Part shown: positions 11,484 through 22,762 of the stretch, in pieces | How the letters are laid out: each line of letters starts with the position of its first letter | Position numbering within the stretch: position 1 is the first letter of the stretch | IMG/VR virus record: IMGVR_UViG_3300027573_000779 | Span: 144,934 to 208,933 of that record | DNA: 64,000 bases | Strand: one strand, 5' to 3' | Notes under the pieces: generated by a model | Databases searched by the model: none | Told to the model about the DNA's origin: nothing | Seen by the model: only the letters and a program-made list of their open reading frames with translations | Translations under genes and position numbers: made by a program

Positions 11484-11742
11484 GTTTAAATCCTACTCTA
11501 GTCGCCCATGACACACAATATCTTTTTTATCCTTATGTCAAACTACTTCTTCCTGTTGTTCTTCCTGTTGTTCTTCCATCTCTTTCTCACCTAGGCAATC
11601 ATGACACAACCCGTCAACGTCATTAATGTCAAGTAAGATGTGTATATGAAACACTTGTCCACATTTGGGACATGTAAAGATATTAGACAAAGAATACATG
11701 AGAAGTTAGGGTTTAGTCACCTCACCCCTTTTTGATTTTAGG

Positions 11743-12201
11743 CTATTCGCAGGTTATAGCGTGACTTCGCTCTGTAGCCCATTCTGGCAAATCTCCCTGT
11801 TTTTCTGCCATCCTAAAGTAGGAGTAGGCTTGTGCAAGGGGTTTAATGAAGTAAACGCATTCCATGGCATTCCAGTCCGCCGTTGCTAGTTCTTGTGCCA
11901 CGATTGGCAGTCCGCCACCCTTGACCCCTTTAAACTTCATTAGCTCCTGTTTGTGTGTGCCGTCGACACACATGCGTAACTCTTGACGTATCCTTAGACC
12001 ATAAAGAAACTGTTTAGGTGTAGCAGTAACATAGGCTAACCCATTGTTAAGGAATTCAAGCTCGCCGTCAAAACAGTGAACCGCGTAAAGAGTATTAAAG
12101 GCATTAAGTATGCTTTCCTCTGTACCACTGAATAGCACATAGACGCTAGTACCATTCAATTGCTTTTGAACCTCACAACCACAGATAGTTAATTTATTCA
12201 T
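11743..12201 (-). CDS. Hypothetical, paralog of 19508..19957 (start moved to MNKLT)
   Basis: GELEFL..GLAY and KFKGVKGG...AQELA match GELHWL..TLAY and KYKGRKNG...ACELA. Confidence 0.55.
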   Translation of the reverse strand: MNKLTICGCEVQKQLNGTSVYVLFSGTEESILNAFNTLYAVHCFDGELEFLNNGLAYVTATPKQFLYGLRIRQELRMCVDGTHKQELMKFKGVKGGGLPIVAQELATADWNAMECVYFIKPLAQAYSYFRMAEKQGDLPEWATERSHAITCE

Positions 12202-12266
12202 GCTTAAAGAATAATCCCCACAAGACAAGGATGCAAGTTTTTTTTTAATATTTTTTAATATTTTTT

Positions 12267-13139
12267 TCATGCTGCAACCGCCTCAACATCAAGCTCTTCT
12301 GTAGGCTCTTCTGCCTTTGGATTAAGTTTTTCCATGACCCATTCAAACCTTTTTTGCGCTTGTCCACTAGCGCCAACAATCAGTTTGCAGTCATCACGCA
12401 ATTGACTAATCCAGTTATTAAGATAGGCTCCGCTATTTTTGATTGTCTTACTAATGTCTATTCCGCAGTAGCTAGCAAAAAAGTTTGCACCTATTTCCGC
12501 AGTAAGTTCCTCTTTGCTATAAGATTCGTTCCCAAAATTACAGTCAAGAGTGACGCCTACTTCCTTACTAAGCCAGTGAGTTAATTCATGGAACAATGTG
12601 CAGTAATACTCTTCTACGCTGCCAAATTTCTCCTTTAAGGGCATGTATACAGTATGCTCTGAGGGTCTGTAGCAAGCCCTATCGCCACTATGGATGACAT
12701 TAACGCCCGTAGCCAGTACTAGCTTTTCAGCCTCTTCTATTGGCATAAAGTCAAGTCTGTTTTGCGCTGGCAGCTTGACCTTTACGTTCTCAGTATCTTC
12801 CAAGGCAAACACTGTATAATACCTTAAAAGAGGGATTGTCTTTTCCTCTTTGTTACCCGTAGGGCCGACTTTTTGCTCTTTAAGCATTTTCCAGAATACT
12901 ACAGGAATTCCCTTAGCTCCCTTTTTAATACTTCCGCCCGCTGCCCTTGCTTGATTGAAAGTCAAGAACCATTCTCCCTTGTCAGCTATAGCGCACATAA
13001 GAACATTAACTCCCCTATACGCCTTTTTGCTAATACAGTTACCATACCTAAAGCTACTCCAAGGTTTGTGCCATGGAACACTCTTATTCTCTTCCATCGC
13101 CTTAACTATTCTGTCAGTGATAATTTCATATGTATTCAT
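12267..13139 (-). CDS. ardC: ArdC-like antirestriction / ssDNA-binding protein with zincin domain (start moved to MNTYE)
   Basis: PWHKPW, YRGVN, TFNQ, KKGAKG, YYTVF, YYCTLFHELTHW, YSKEELTAEIGA motifs. Confidence 0.9.
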   Translation of the reverse strand: MNTYEIITDRIVKAMEENKSVPWHKPWSSFRYGNCISKKAYRGVNVLMCAIADKGEWFLTFNQARAAGGSIKKGAKGIPVVFWKMLKEQKVGPTGNKEEKTIPLLRYYTVFALEDTENVKVKLPAQNRLDFMPIEEAEKLVLATGVNVIHSGDRACYRPSEHTVYMPLKEKFGSVEEYYCTLFHELTHWLSKEVGVTLDCNFGNESYSKEELTAEIGANFFASYCGIDISKTIKNSGAYLNNWISQLRDDCKLIVGASGQAQKRFEWVMEKLNPKAEEPTEELDVEAVAA

Positions 13140-13145
13140 AGGCTC

Positions 13146-13173
13146 AATATACATAATCTTTTTTGCGCCGCAA
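13146..13173 (-). promoter_or_regulatory. Leaderless-type promoter TTGCGG-N16-TATATT-N6-ATG
   Basis: Places ATG at 13139. Confidence 0.7.
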
Positions 13174-13191
13174 GCATTATTTTAAAATAAA

Positions 13192-13228
13192 TAAAAAAAA
13201 CCCCTAAAGCATTGAGCTTCAGGGGTTT
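13192..13228 (-). terminator. Intrinsic terminator
   Basis: AAACCCCT-aAAGC/GCTTc-AGGGGTTT stem with A-run. Confidence 0.65.
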
Positions 13229-13457
13229 ATGGTGGGAGGGGGGAAGGAAACTTAGTAGGTTTTTAAACTCCTATTGTTTTCTCTTTTGCTTCTTTTACCG
13301 CTTTTGCATAATTTCTAAGACAAGCGATTTTGCAAAAAGTTTTTCCTTTTAGATGTTCAAACCATCTTGTCTTGTTTTGAGCTTTAACTAAAGCGTTTGG
13401 ATTTCCACACCAATCACATTCATTCATCACCCCATAATACAAAACCTTTTTGCGTTG

Positions 13458-14006
13458 TCAACTCTTTAGCTTTAAATAAATTGTATCTCCTTGCAAAGTA
13501 ACGCTTTGCATGTATTCTGGTAGGATAATAAACTCCCTAAACCTACCTATAGGTAGTTCACTTCGCAAAGCTCTTTTAGCAATTGTCAAAGGTCTACTAT
13601 TTACAATCGGGCGTTCGCCCTCTTCTATGACTGTTTTCCTATGCTGTAAACCTGTTACGTTAATTGTTCTGTTACTGATACAGAATTTTAGGCCGGGAAC
13701 GATATCAACGTAAGAATCAGGTTTTCTATAGTCAGGATGAAAACGACCTAAAGAATGACTTTTTAAGCTTTCCTCAAAACTCTCTTTAAGTTGTTGAGCT
13801 GCAAGTATTAAGATAGGATGGTTTAGTGCTGGCCTGATTGCGTCAAGAGCTTCTAAAGACTTCCGAAGTTGATTGTCGTAAGATGCACCATAAATTACAG
13901 TATGGCGAGCTAGTTCGCCAGCTTGTTTGCATCTGTATAGAAATGAGACAAACTGAGCTTTACTGGCAAGCTCCTTTAGGGTGTCGATGACTAATTTTTC
14001 GTTCAT
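13458..14006 (-). CDS. Hypothetical phage protein
   Basis: 182-aa ORF with its own promoter-like upstream region. Confidence 0.6.
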   Translation of the reverse strand: MNEKLVIDTLKELASKAQFVSFLYRCKQAGELARHTVIYGASYDNQLRKSLEALDAIRPALNHPILILAAQQLKESFEESLKSHSLGRFHPDYRKPDSYVDIVPGLKFCISNRTINVTGLQHRKTVIEEGERPIVNSRPLTIAKRALRSELPIGRFREFIILPEYMQSVTLQGDTIYLKLKS

Positions 14007-14338
14007 CTCCCAATAATAAAGAGTTTTTTTATCTTGTCAAGCTTTTCTCAAAATGCCTTTGCAATAAGCCACAACGTTTTGAATCAAAAAAGACTATTAA
14101 AGCTATAAAGCTCTCAATTAGCCATCGGGGATAGCGCAATTTTAGCCAAAGAAATTTCCAAATCGGCGCTAATAAGCTTTTCTTATTTTTAATATACTTC
14201 GTTGCTGCCCAACGATTTAAAACCGCAATAGGCTTGTATCCCATGGGGTAAAGCCAGATAAAACGTAATACTTCTGTCATTATTCCCCATTGTATCAGAA
14301 ATTTTTACGTTGGCAAGAGGGGGGACCTCCCCAATGGG

Positions 14339-14497
14339 CTAAACGTAGATTGGATATGGATAATTTTCTTTTTGCTCTTGAGTTAGAAAGATTTGCATCC
14401 AAAGACTGCCAGCTTCAGAGACTTTTATATCTTGTGGAAGCTGCCCTTTGCCTAGCGCCACGAAAAAGTCTTGTCTTCTAATGAGATAAAGCTTCAT
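14339..14497 (-). CDS. 52-aa ORF not in track (MKLYLIRRQD...)
   Basis: ATG directly follows a perfect junction element (14498-14519). Confidence 0.55.
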   Translation of the reverse strand: MKLYLIRRQDFFVALGKGQLPQDIKVSEAGSLWMQIFLTQEQKENYPYPIYV

Positions 14498-14519
14498 ATG
14501 CTCAAGCGCCGCAGGGCTT
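14498..14519 (-). repeat. Junction element AAGCCCTGCGGCGCTTGAGCAT (consensus copy)
   Basis: Identical to copies at 33295-33316, 33521-33542 and 39861-39882. Confidence 0.9.
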
Positions 14520-16520
14520 TATGAATTATAATCCCTTTCACAAGACCGACTACAAAACACCTTTTCTTGCATCTCGTTCTTGTTTTTATCGTCCCTGTTA
14601 ATACCATACCTGAATTTAGCAGGTTGGCCGCACCACGCGCACTCACCCTCTGCTTTTTGGCGCACAACGTTAAAACGTCCAAAAGGGTCTCTTGAGATTG
14701 ATACTGTATTCATGTTCTCAATAATAGAGAGTCTTTTTATGTTTGCAAGACTAAATTTGAGAGTGCCCACATTTTGGACATTTGAGCACGTCAACCATTG
14801 TAACCTTAGAAGGAAGGAAACTAAGCGTATCTCCGTCTCTTGCGGGTTTACCATCAAGGCGACCTGTACCATTGACAAGAGCTTTTACCCTTTTTAAGGG
14901 GAACTTTACATCGCCAGCAAATTTTTGTGCCTTGTTTGGTCTTCATGCTTTATGTTACTTTCCGTCAAATTATACAATATTTATGTGTCAACCGCAAATA
15001 TCTTGTGGTCTATGAGTTACCTGTTCGCCATTTTTCGCCACAAGAACCACTGTTACCTGATATTCTTTGCGAGCTTTAAGCTGTTGCGCCGCTTTCTTTT
15101 GCGCCGAATAGGAGGTTTCAGCTTCGACTTCAATTTCCTTGCCACGATAAAAAGCTTTATATATATTCATAAAAGAGATTATACATAGTCTTTTTTATGC
15201 TACAAGCCAAACTTTATACTGCTAGGGCTGTATTCGTCTCAATAGGTGGCATACACTGATTAATCACTTCTAGCAATTCTGACAATTTATTGTCATCTAT
15301 GCCAAGAAATTCCCCTATAATACTTCTCATATCCTTATCTGTTAAAGCCACTTGTGCAATTTTAAGGGTTTCGAGTGCCTCTTCTCTTGTAAATTCTTTT
15401 GTGTTCATTGATTATAAAAATAGCGTATAAGGAGAAGAGCCGCAAGTAAAATTAATATGCTCATTTATTTATTCCTGTTCCTCTTCTGTGTCTTTTTCTT
15501 CCAGTTCATCTTCCAGACGTTCAACAACCTCTGCGAGTGTATCACAACTAGACACAACCCACTCTTGACTTGTCGAAATTGCTGGTTCGCAATGCCCTAA
15601 AGTCCTATACTTGAATTGCTGGTACTCCTGTTGAGACATTGACCGCCGACAAATTTCCTTAAACTCGTTTAATCCTTCCTCTAGTTCAGTGGCGAGTTCT
15701 GCGAGACGTTCCCAATTAGCTTTTGTAATTTTATTCATTGAGTTTCACTGATTTAATTTTAAATTTTTCGTCTGTTCCCTCGTACTTTTTGACTAGTTCT
15801 GCTAGTTTGGTTTGCGCTGGCGCTAGGTCAAGCCATACACCAAACTCCATACAATGGAGCCAGTCACCATCGCCCACGTTATCCACGTTATCATTATAAC
15901 TAGGACACCACTGCACTATGTAATAAACGCTCTTCATGGTTAAAAGATACAATATCTTTTTTAACTGTCAATAGCGGTTATTGTCAATCTTTCTAATCGC
16001 ATTAATCGCTGGTATAATACTTTCTGCACCAAGTTCATATGTAATTGATTCTTCAACAACACACAAAAGAGTCTTGGCTAGTCTAACAGGATGTTCCCCG
16101 TTAGAGGAAAACTTTAGTCTTTCGTCATATGTCAACTTTTTATAAAGCTGTAAAGCTCTCTCTTTTAAAATTTCGCCTGCTTTAACAGACATTTCTTTAA
16201 TAGCAGATTCAAATTCAGCACTACTACGGGCAACTTCTTTAGTATTCATAAAGTATAAAAGATACAATATCTTTTTTAAAAGTCAACACTCAAGCGCCGT
16301 TTACAGTTAATCTGCTAATTTGACTTCGCGCCATACCGTCAAGGCATTCAAAAGCTTTTCCTTGTCTTTCTATTCTAGTTTTTGCGCCATTGATGATATT
16401 AGCTACCTTTTGCGCATTTTCGCGCCCGCCGCAATCCTGAATCAGGTTAAAGTTCCCGTTAGAGAACACCCACTTGCGAAAGCTCCGATTGAAGTTAAAT
16501 AGTGTTTTATTCATATTCTG

Positions 16521-16548
16521 AGAATATAGAATCTTTTTAAAACGTCAA
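16521..16548 (-). promoter_or_regulatory. Leaderless-type promoter TTGACG-N16-TATTCT-N6-ATG
   Basis: ATG at 16514. Confidence 0.75.
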
Positions 16549-16937
16549 TACCTTTTAATTTTTTAGAGTATAACCCGCACCTTTTAAAGCTGTTTCGTGG
16601 TCATAACCTCCCCTATAAGACCCTTCAAGCTCGCTCCAATTCAAAATTTTTCCTTCAGAATCAGCAGCAAAGATGTAAGTTTCAGGACCAGTAAACATTG
16701 CATCAGCCGCAGAAACTACTACATATTCATGCTCTTTAACTTCCATCCCCCCAATGTCTTCAGCATAATCTTTTACTTTAATTGGCGGGTCAAGTTTATA
16801 CAAAACTTTACCCTTAGAGAGAGGTTTAATTAGGGTTGCGTAATTCATATGCTCAGTCGCCGCAAGGGCTTTTTGATTGTTTTTTAAATTGTTTAACTTT
16901 TAAGATTATACAATATCTTTTTAAACCTGCAAGACTT

Positions 16938-17255
16938 TTAAGCACCCGCTAAACTAGCTTTTTCCAGCCAATTAACTTCTGGTTTGTCCTGAAAATGATA
17001 GTCCCGTTCTATATAAAGACCAAACTTTAACTTGATAGACTGTAATTCTTTAAGGCTTATAGTGCCGAATTCGACACAACCCATTCCTAAGTCCGCATAA
17101 CCCCAAGCAACATCGTCATCAGGTTCTAGGTAACAAATAAGCCAAGTCGCCGCTCCCATTGGGTTAAAAAACTTAACAATCGGGCGCATATTATCAGGAC
17201 TAGCTTCCCTAAGTTTTCTGTGAAGTTCTTTAGTTAAGAATTTTTGTCGTGCCAT
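16938..17255 (-). CDS. DUF2958-like protein
   Basis: PIVKFFNPMGAATW...GYADLGMGCVEFGTISLKEL...IERDYHF. Confidence 0.85.
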   Translation of the reverse strand: MARQKFLTKELHRKLREASPDNMRPIVKFFNPMGAATWLICYLEPDDDVAWGYADLGMGCVEFGTISLKELQSIKLKFGLYIERDYHFQDKPEVNWLEKASLAGA

Positions 17256-17261
17256 AGTTTA

Positions 17262-17289
17262 ATTATACAATATCTTTTTTGCGCTGCAA
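17262..17289 (-). promoter_or_regulatory. Leaderless-type promoter TTGCAG-N16-TATAAT-N6-ATG
   Basis: ATG at 17255. Confidence 0.8.
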
Positions 17290-17930
17290 GTTAAATCTCA
17301 GTATAAGCTACTGAAATTGCAGTATTAAGATTTTTGATTGCATCTTCTCTACTAGTGGTGGGATTTACCCTCATATAAAACTGAATTCTGTCTTCTGTAG
17401 GAGGATATTTCTTTTGTGCTTTCTTTTCCGCCGCGTTATGGCTTCCAGCCTGAATTATGCCTATTTCTTCTCCCTTACAATAAACAATATAATTTTTCAT
17501 AGTTAAATTATACGATATCTTTTTTATCTTACAACCGTAAATTCATCCCACCAAAAGAACTTTTTATAGGGAAATCCATCAATATCAAAAGTCGCGCCGT
17601 TAAAGTGTGGTCCTGATAGTTCAGAAGGAGTATGAACAGTTAGAATTTCTCCCTTTTTAAAGGTTCTGCCAGTCGCGCAAACATCCTTTAACATCTCGAT
17701 TTTATAAGTTTTTAAGTTCATCTCTCAAGCACCAAGGGGTTGAACTAACTCCTCATCGTCAAAAAACCAGCAAACATAAAGAGAATTTCTGGCATTAGTG
17801 CAAAAATCGCGCATTTGGACAAACTCAGTTCTTAATAAACTCTGAGTTCTGCCACTGAAACCGCTCGCCAATTGCTAAATCCTTAAACCTCATAAGAAAG
17901 ATTATATATAGTCTTTTTAAAAAGACAAAG

Positions 17931-17956
17931 AAAAAAGCCCCCAAAAGGGGGGCTTT
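17931..17956 (-). terminator. Intrinsic terminator
   Basis: AAAGCCCCC/GGGGGCTTT stem with A-run. Confidence 0.65.
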
Positions 17957-18124
17957 AGCCAATTTATTTGATAGACCTATATAACCCTTCAAAAGGGCCG
18001 GTTGGCGGCACTATCTTTTTAACGACTTTTAGCTACGCCGTATGAATTAGCCAACCCTATCACTTGAAAAGCTTAACAGATTTTTTCCAAAAAGCAACAA
18101 TAAAGCCCTTCGGCGTCTGAGAAT

Positions 18125-18520
18125 TTAAGCTGCAACGGGTTCTGCCACTTCAGTTACAGGAATATTTTCTGTAACGTGCTCAGTCGCAGGCTGTTCGGGA
18201 GCATTGCTCACTCCTGACTTTTCAGCCGCTCGCGCCACCTTTTTGGCCAGTTTTTCAGCCTCTTTAGCCGCCTCTTCCTTGTGTTTATTTTCCCAATAAG
18301 CCTTTTTCGAAGCTGAGATTTTGTCCCTTCCAGCTTGGCTCATCTTACTTCCCTTGGGTCGCCCCTTTCGAGTTTGAGAAGGAGAAGGAAGAAGGCTAGG
18401 AAGAGTTGAGGGAATATTAATTCCACTCATCAACTGATTGTATTCAGACTGCTTTACCGCAATCTCTTCCAGCAACTTTGCCGCTCGCAAGTGAGTTTCG
18501 GGCGTTAACACTATGTTCAT
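18125..18520 (-). CDS. Basic putative DNA-binding / nucleoid-like protein
   Basis: N-terminal coiled coil, AT-hook-like KGRPKGS, and a NUMOD3-like MSQAGRDKISASKKAYW helix. Confidence 0.5.
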   Translation of the reverse strand: MNIVLTPETHLRAAKLLEEIAVKQSEYNQLMSGINIPSTLPSLLPSPSQTRKGRPKGSKMSQAGRDKISASKKAYWENKHKEEAAKEAEKLAKKVARAAEKSGVSNAPEQPATEHVTENIPVTEVAEPVAA

Positions 18521-18649
18521 TTTGTTCTTTCTTTCTTTTTAATTGTTTTTAAAATTTTGTCTTTAACTGACAACACCCATACGTTAACACTACTTTTTAA
18601 ACGTGCAAGACTATTTTTTTTCAATAATCAGTCTTAAGCTAATAACTAA

Positions 18650-19417
18650 TTAAGCTTCAACTAGTTGCGCACTAACTTTTTTCTTATCATAGTGGGCGAA
18701 ATAGTCCGTTTTATACCCGCCTCTTCCCTTCCTTCTAATTAGCTCCCAAGCTTTAGCCGCTTGAGTGCCAGAGGGTTGCACGCCATGAAGCAAGACTGCA
18801 TAATTTTTGTTAGCTTTCCGTGCTAGAGAGTCATCATGGTCAATCTTTAGTCCTAAATCTTTTGCCTCTTTCTCAGAAAAGACAACTTTAACCGATACAA
18901 GCCCATGTTTTTCAATGAGATAGTCAAATTTTCCACCCCTTGAAGCAGTAAGCTTTAGATTATGGGGTATAGACCCTAATCTATTGACCCAAAATGGTAG
19001 AGCTTTGGTGTAGGCATAAAACAGCTTATTGGGGTAGCGCCGAACTACTTCCACCCACGCGTCAAAATAGTCCTGACTGAAAAAGTCGCCTGAACCATGT
19101 ATGCGAATTATGGCATATTTCTTAGAAAAACGTGCAATTTCATTGTCAAGCAACGCGACTATTTGGTTGATTGACTTTCCTTTTACCAAGTCAAAATTGT
19201 TCCATCTGCTATCCCTTGTATTCTGAAAAAGGCTTTCGCCTGAAGCCGCATAACACCTAAATTGAGCGTCGGGTCCTGTTATAATTGGACCGCCAAATCT
19301 AGGAACTTTCGCTAGGCAATCCTTTGCAAAGGGGCAGGACCAACCAGCAGGGAGACTGAATATCTTTGTTTTATCAATCTTGGCGTTACCGTTAGCAAAA
19401 AAGAGTCTGTTATTCAT
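18650..19417 (-). CDS. Gp88-like phage protein (radical-SAM-like fold)
   Basis: FSLPAGWSCP, CYA, RIHGSGDFFS, YAYTK, TASRGG, DHDD motifs. Confidence 0.8.
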   Translation of the reverse strand: MNNRLFFANGNAKIDKTKIFSLPAGWSCPFAKDCLAKVPRFGGPIITGPDAQFRCYAASGESLFQNTRDSRWNNFDLVKGKSINQIVALLDNEIARFSKKYAIIRIHGSGDFFSQDYFDAWVEVVRRYPNKLFYAYTKALPFWVNRLGSIPHNLKLTASRGGKFDYLIEKHGLVSVKVVFSEKEAKDLGLKIDHDDSLARKANKNYAVLLHGVQPSGTQAAKAWELIRRKGRGGYKTDYFAHYDKKKVSAQLVEA

Positions 19418-21924
19418 AAATTGGATTATAAATAATCTTTTTAAAAAAGCAAGCCCCCATTTTTTAGGTGGGGGCCGGGGGGGCAGGGCTACTTATGGGA
19501 GAAGTATTTACATACCAACAGGACTATCAACAGGCACACACTCTCCATAATAATTTAAATTGGGCGTTTGAAACTCAAGGTATCCAACCTTGTAGCGGTA
19601 ATGTTCTTTAGGCTGTTCAAGAGGAACGAATTCTAGGTAAGTAATTTCCTCATATCGTTTTGAGGCCAACTCACAAGCTTGGCACATCAAACCATTTTTG
19701 CGCCCTTTATATTTCTTTGTATCTTGCTCGGAATTAAGTATTTGGAACAAAGACGAATATATTAAAGCGTGTTCAAACTTTTCTTGCGTACTCCAAAAGT
19801 AAGCAAGTGTAGGAGTCAACCAATGCAATTCGCCATTGGTGCCTTCGTGGTTGTAGAAAGAGAAGTATCTTTCTTGAAGTTCGATAGGATTGCTGTCTTC
19901 GATTGCTATTGCAACGTGTAAACCAAAGTTTTGACGATACAACTTTTGCATACGCACTCAAGCGCCGTGGGGCTTATAAAAAAGAAACAGTTTTCCTGAA
20001 CTGTAAATTTTAAAAACTCTGGTGCTTGATTTATATACTCATACTATCAAGGATTTTTCCTAAGTCAACAGGAATAATGGGGGAACAACCTTATTTTTTT
20101 GGACTTTTTTAAGATTTTTTGCTCAATTTTGAGACATTTTAGGGTTTTTTCCTACTCTCAAGCGTCGATGAGCTATTTTATAATTTCAGCTAGAGGCCAA
20201 GTGGTTTCGTCCATTTCATAATTTTTATCTCCTTTTGAGAACCAGAATGTCCCTACTGAGCTACTGCAATTAGTAAAGCCGTGTGCGCGACAAGCATCAA
20301 AGACCGCCTGAACATCCTTGTCTTTATCCCATTTAAGTTCTGTACGTATTGCTGTGTATATTAATTCCCATTCTCCAGCACAAGCAACGACTTTAGAATC
20401 AATTCGAAACTGATTCATTTTGTGGATTTGATAGGCCGCGACTGCAATAACAATACTATCGGGCATTTCAACTAGTTCCATAAAGAAAGTTTACAATCTG
20501 AGGGGCTTTTAGTTTGATAGAATGATTACTTTTGTGTACCTATCTTTGCACAAGTCATTCGCTTCTTCACTTGTAAGACTTTCATCAATCTCTTTTCCTT
20601 TTACACTGACTGCATTGACAAGTTGAACTATCCTATAACGCTTATCCAACAAGTTTTTTTGCAGCGTAACAGTGGTTTGTTTGTTATTCATAAACACAAG
20701 AATACAATATCTTTTTTAACTCTCAAGAACTTTTTGCGCCGCCTCAGAGCATTATTTTAGCTTTTTCTTCCATAGTTAAAACCGCCGCGTGAATACTTTT
20801 AATGTCTTCAAAGTCAAGGAACACATCTGTTTGATTACCTATAATTGTTACTCTATCTGGCCGCACTACAGCAATATTTCCAACATTAATAGGTTCAAAA
20901 ATAGTATTATCCGCCTCTATCAGTTCATCAAGGGTGACGCTTTGAACTACTTGGCCACAAGAGCACAGTTCTACAACTTTTGTTTTTCGTCTAACTAGAA
21001 TAAATTTTGAGGTTCCCACATCTCCTAATACGCGATTGTAACCTATTGAGGACAAACAATTTAGGAGCGCCGTTAAATGTGATTTACTTTTAATTGTAAG
21101 TTGGACCGCATCGTTCATATAGGAGGATTATACAACATCTTTCTATTAAATCAAGGTTTTATGGAGAAATGTTTCGAACTACTATGCATTGCCAAGTAGC
21201 ATGTATGTATTTACATTGTATTTACTTTGTATTTACATCCTTTAACTCTATATTATATTATACCATTGTCAGTTAACGCCTCAATATACGCCTTGGCATA
21301 CACTCTATGCCTTAACCTCAACTCTTTAGTGTCTTCATTGGCAAGCTTTATCCTCAGAGAATTAAGCTTCTGCAAAGAACTTCTAACGCTATCGGTGATA
21401 GTAGAATCGTCAATATCGGGCATGACCTTGTGAGAGTGCTGGCTTAAGCTGTCAATAACTTCAGTCAGCGCCGCAATTATCTCTAAGTTGCTCATAATCA
21501 AAGTCTTATCCTTGGAACAGTCCGTCACTATAAGGTTGATAATCCTTTTTGGCCATTATCTCCTTAACCCTTTCCTCTGTCACTTCGCGCCAACCAACGG
21601 GCAAACATTGATACCATTGACCTTTGAACTTCACAAAGTCGCCAGACGACATAGAACGGACATGTAATTTGCAGAAAAGTGTTGATTCACAACCACTTCC
21701 AGCGTTGAAAGCCGCAAAAATGTCCTCTAAGCCCAAATTGTCATCCCACACACTGGAAAACTCTACAGTTTGCGCCGCACCAAAGGAACGGGGATATTTA
21801 ATTTCAATCATGCACCCATTCTAGCAAGACTTTTTAAAGTTGCAACCCTAAAAGTTTGCCTAAAATGTAGACACCCAAGAAAAAGAATCAATTAAAGTCA
21901 ATAAGAACAGCAATTAAGAGCCAC

Positions 21925-22131
21925 TTAAGACCCATTATCAAGGTAACTTATCAAAACATCATTCTGTGCTTGGTCCTTTACTTGGTCCCAAATTGAGTCA
22001 TGAATTGGCCAAATTACGTTCCGAACTTGGTTCTCAACTTGGTCTGGAGTCTGGCCTTTAATTTGGCTTCTCATATGCCACATTTGGCTTCTGACGTGCT
22101 GTTGCCAAATTTGAACCTTTAAAGCATCCAT
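21925..22131 (-). CDS. QVWD-repeat mini-protein
   Basis: DQVENQVRN...IWDQVKDQ; DNA contains acttggtcccaaa. Confidence 0.75.
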   Translation of the reverse strand: MDALKVQIWQQHVRSQMWHMRSQIKGQTPDQVENQVRNVIWPIHDSIWDQVKDQAQNDVLISYLDNGS

Positions 22132-22287
22132 TCCCTTTAATTAATACTATCAATTAGCTTACCAAGAACAGAATTTTTATATCCACTCTCCGTTGCATCC
22201 ATTACGAGACAGACCAACGGAAAAATTGTAATTGTACACACAATCAGCAAAAAAAGGATAATTATTGCTCTGGCAAAAACTCTCATA

Positions 22288-22503
22288 TTAATCTTTTGTG
22301 TTTATGTTTTCTTCTAAACCCTTAACTATACATTCTGCCCATCGTGCGCCGAACCTCTTGTCATCAAGCTCCTTATCAATTTCCTTTAGAAAGGACTGAA
22401 TGTCTCTGCCTAAACCATCAGGGTAGCCGTCGCCATGCCTATAGACAATGGCTCCAGTTGAATCGTCGCTGTAACAGAAATGAATTGTAGCTCTAGTTGA
22501 CAT
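22288..22503 (-). CDS. MSTR...Y-x-H-x-DGYP family phage protein, possibly truncated
   Basis: MSTRATI...VYRHGDGYP. Confidence 0.5.
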   Translation of the reverse strand: MSTRATIHFCYSDDSTGAIVYRHGDGYPDGLGRDIQSFLKEIDKELDDKRFGARWAECIVKGLEENINTKD

Positions 22504-22509
22504 ATTTGG

Positions 22510-22537
22510 ATTATACGATATCTTTTTAAAACGTCAA
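22510..22537 (-). promoter_or_regulatory. Leaderless-type promoter TTGACG-N16-TATAAT-N6-ATG
   Basis: ATG at 22503; the -35 box overlaps a GGCGCTTGA junction core. Confidence 0.8.
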
Positions 22538-22740
22538 GCGCCCGTTAATGGTTCAAACGTCCTATCTTTAGGCCAACGGGCTAACCTATGGTCGTTAGCG
22601 TATTTTAGCCAAGCTTCTGCTTTTTCTTTATCCTTCCAAATATTCAAGGCAATCTGGCGCATTTCTAGGGCAGTTTGTTCCTCTTGATAATGCCACATAT
22701 CCCTATCATCTGAGGACTTAATGTCACGCCAAGAAATCAT

Positions 22741-22762
22741 ATGCTCAAACGCCGCAGGGCTT
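22741..22762 (-). repeat. Junction element (1 mismatch)
   Basis: Fills the whole gap between the stop at 22762 and the ATG at 22740. Confidence 0.85.
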
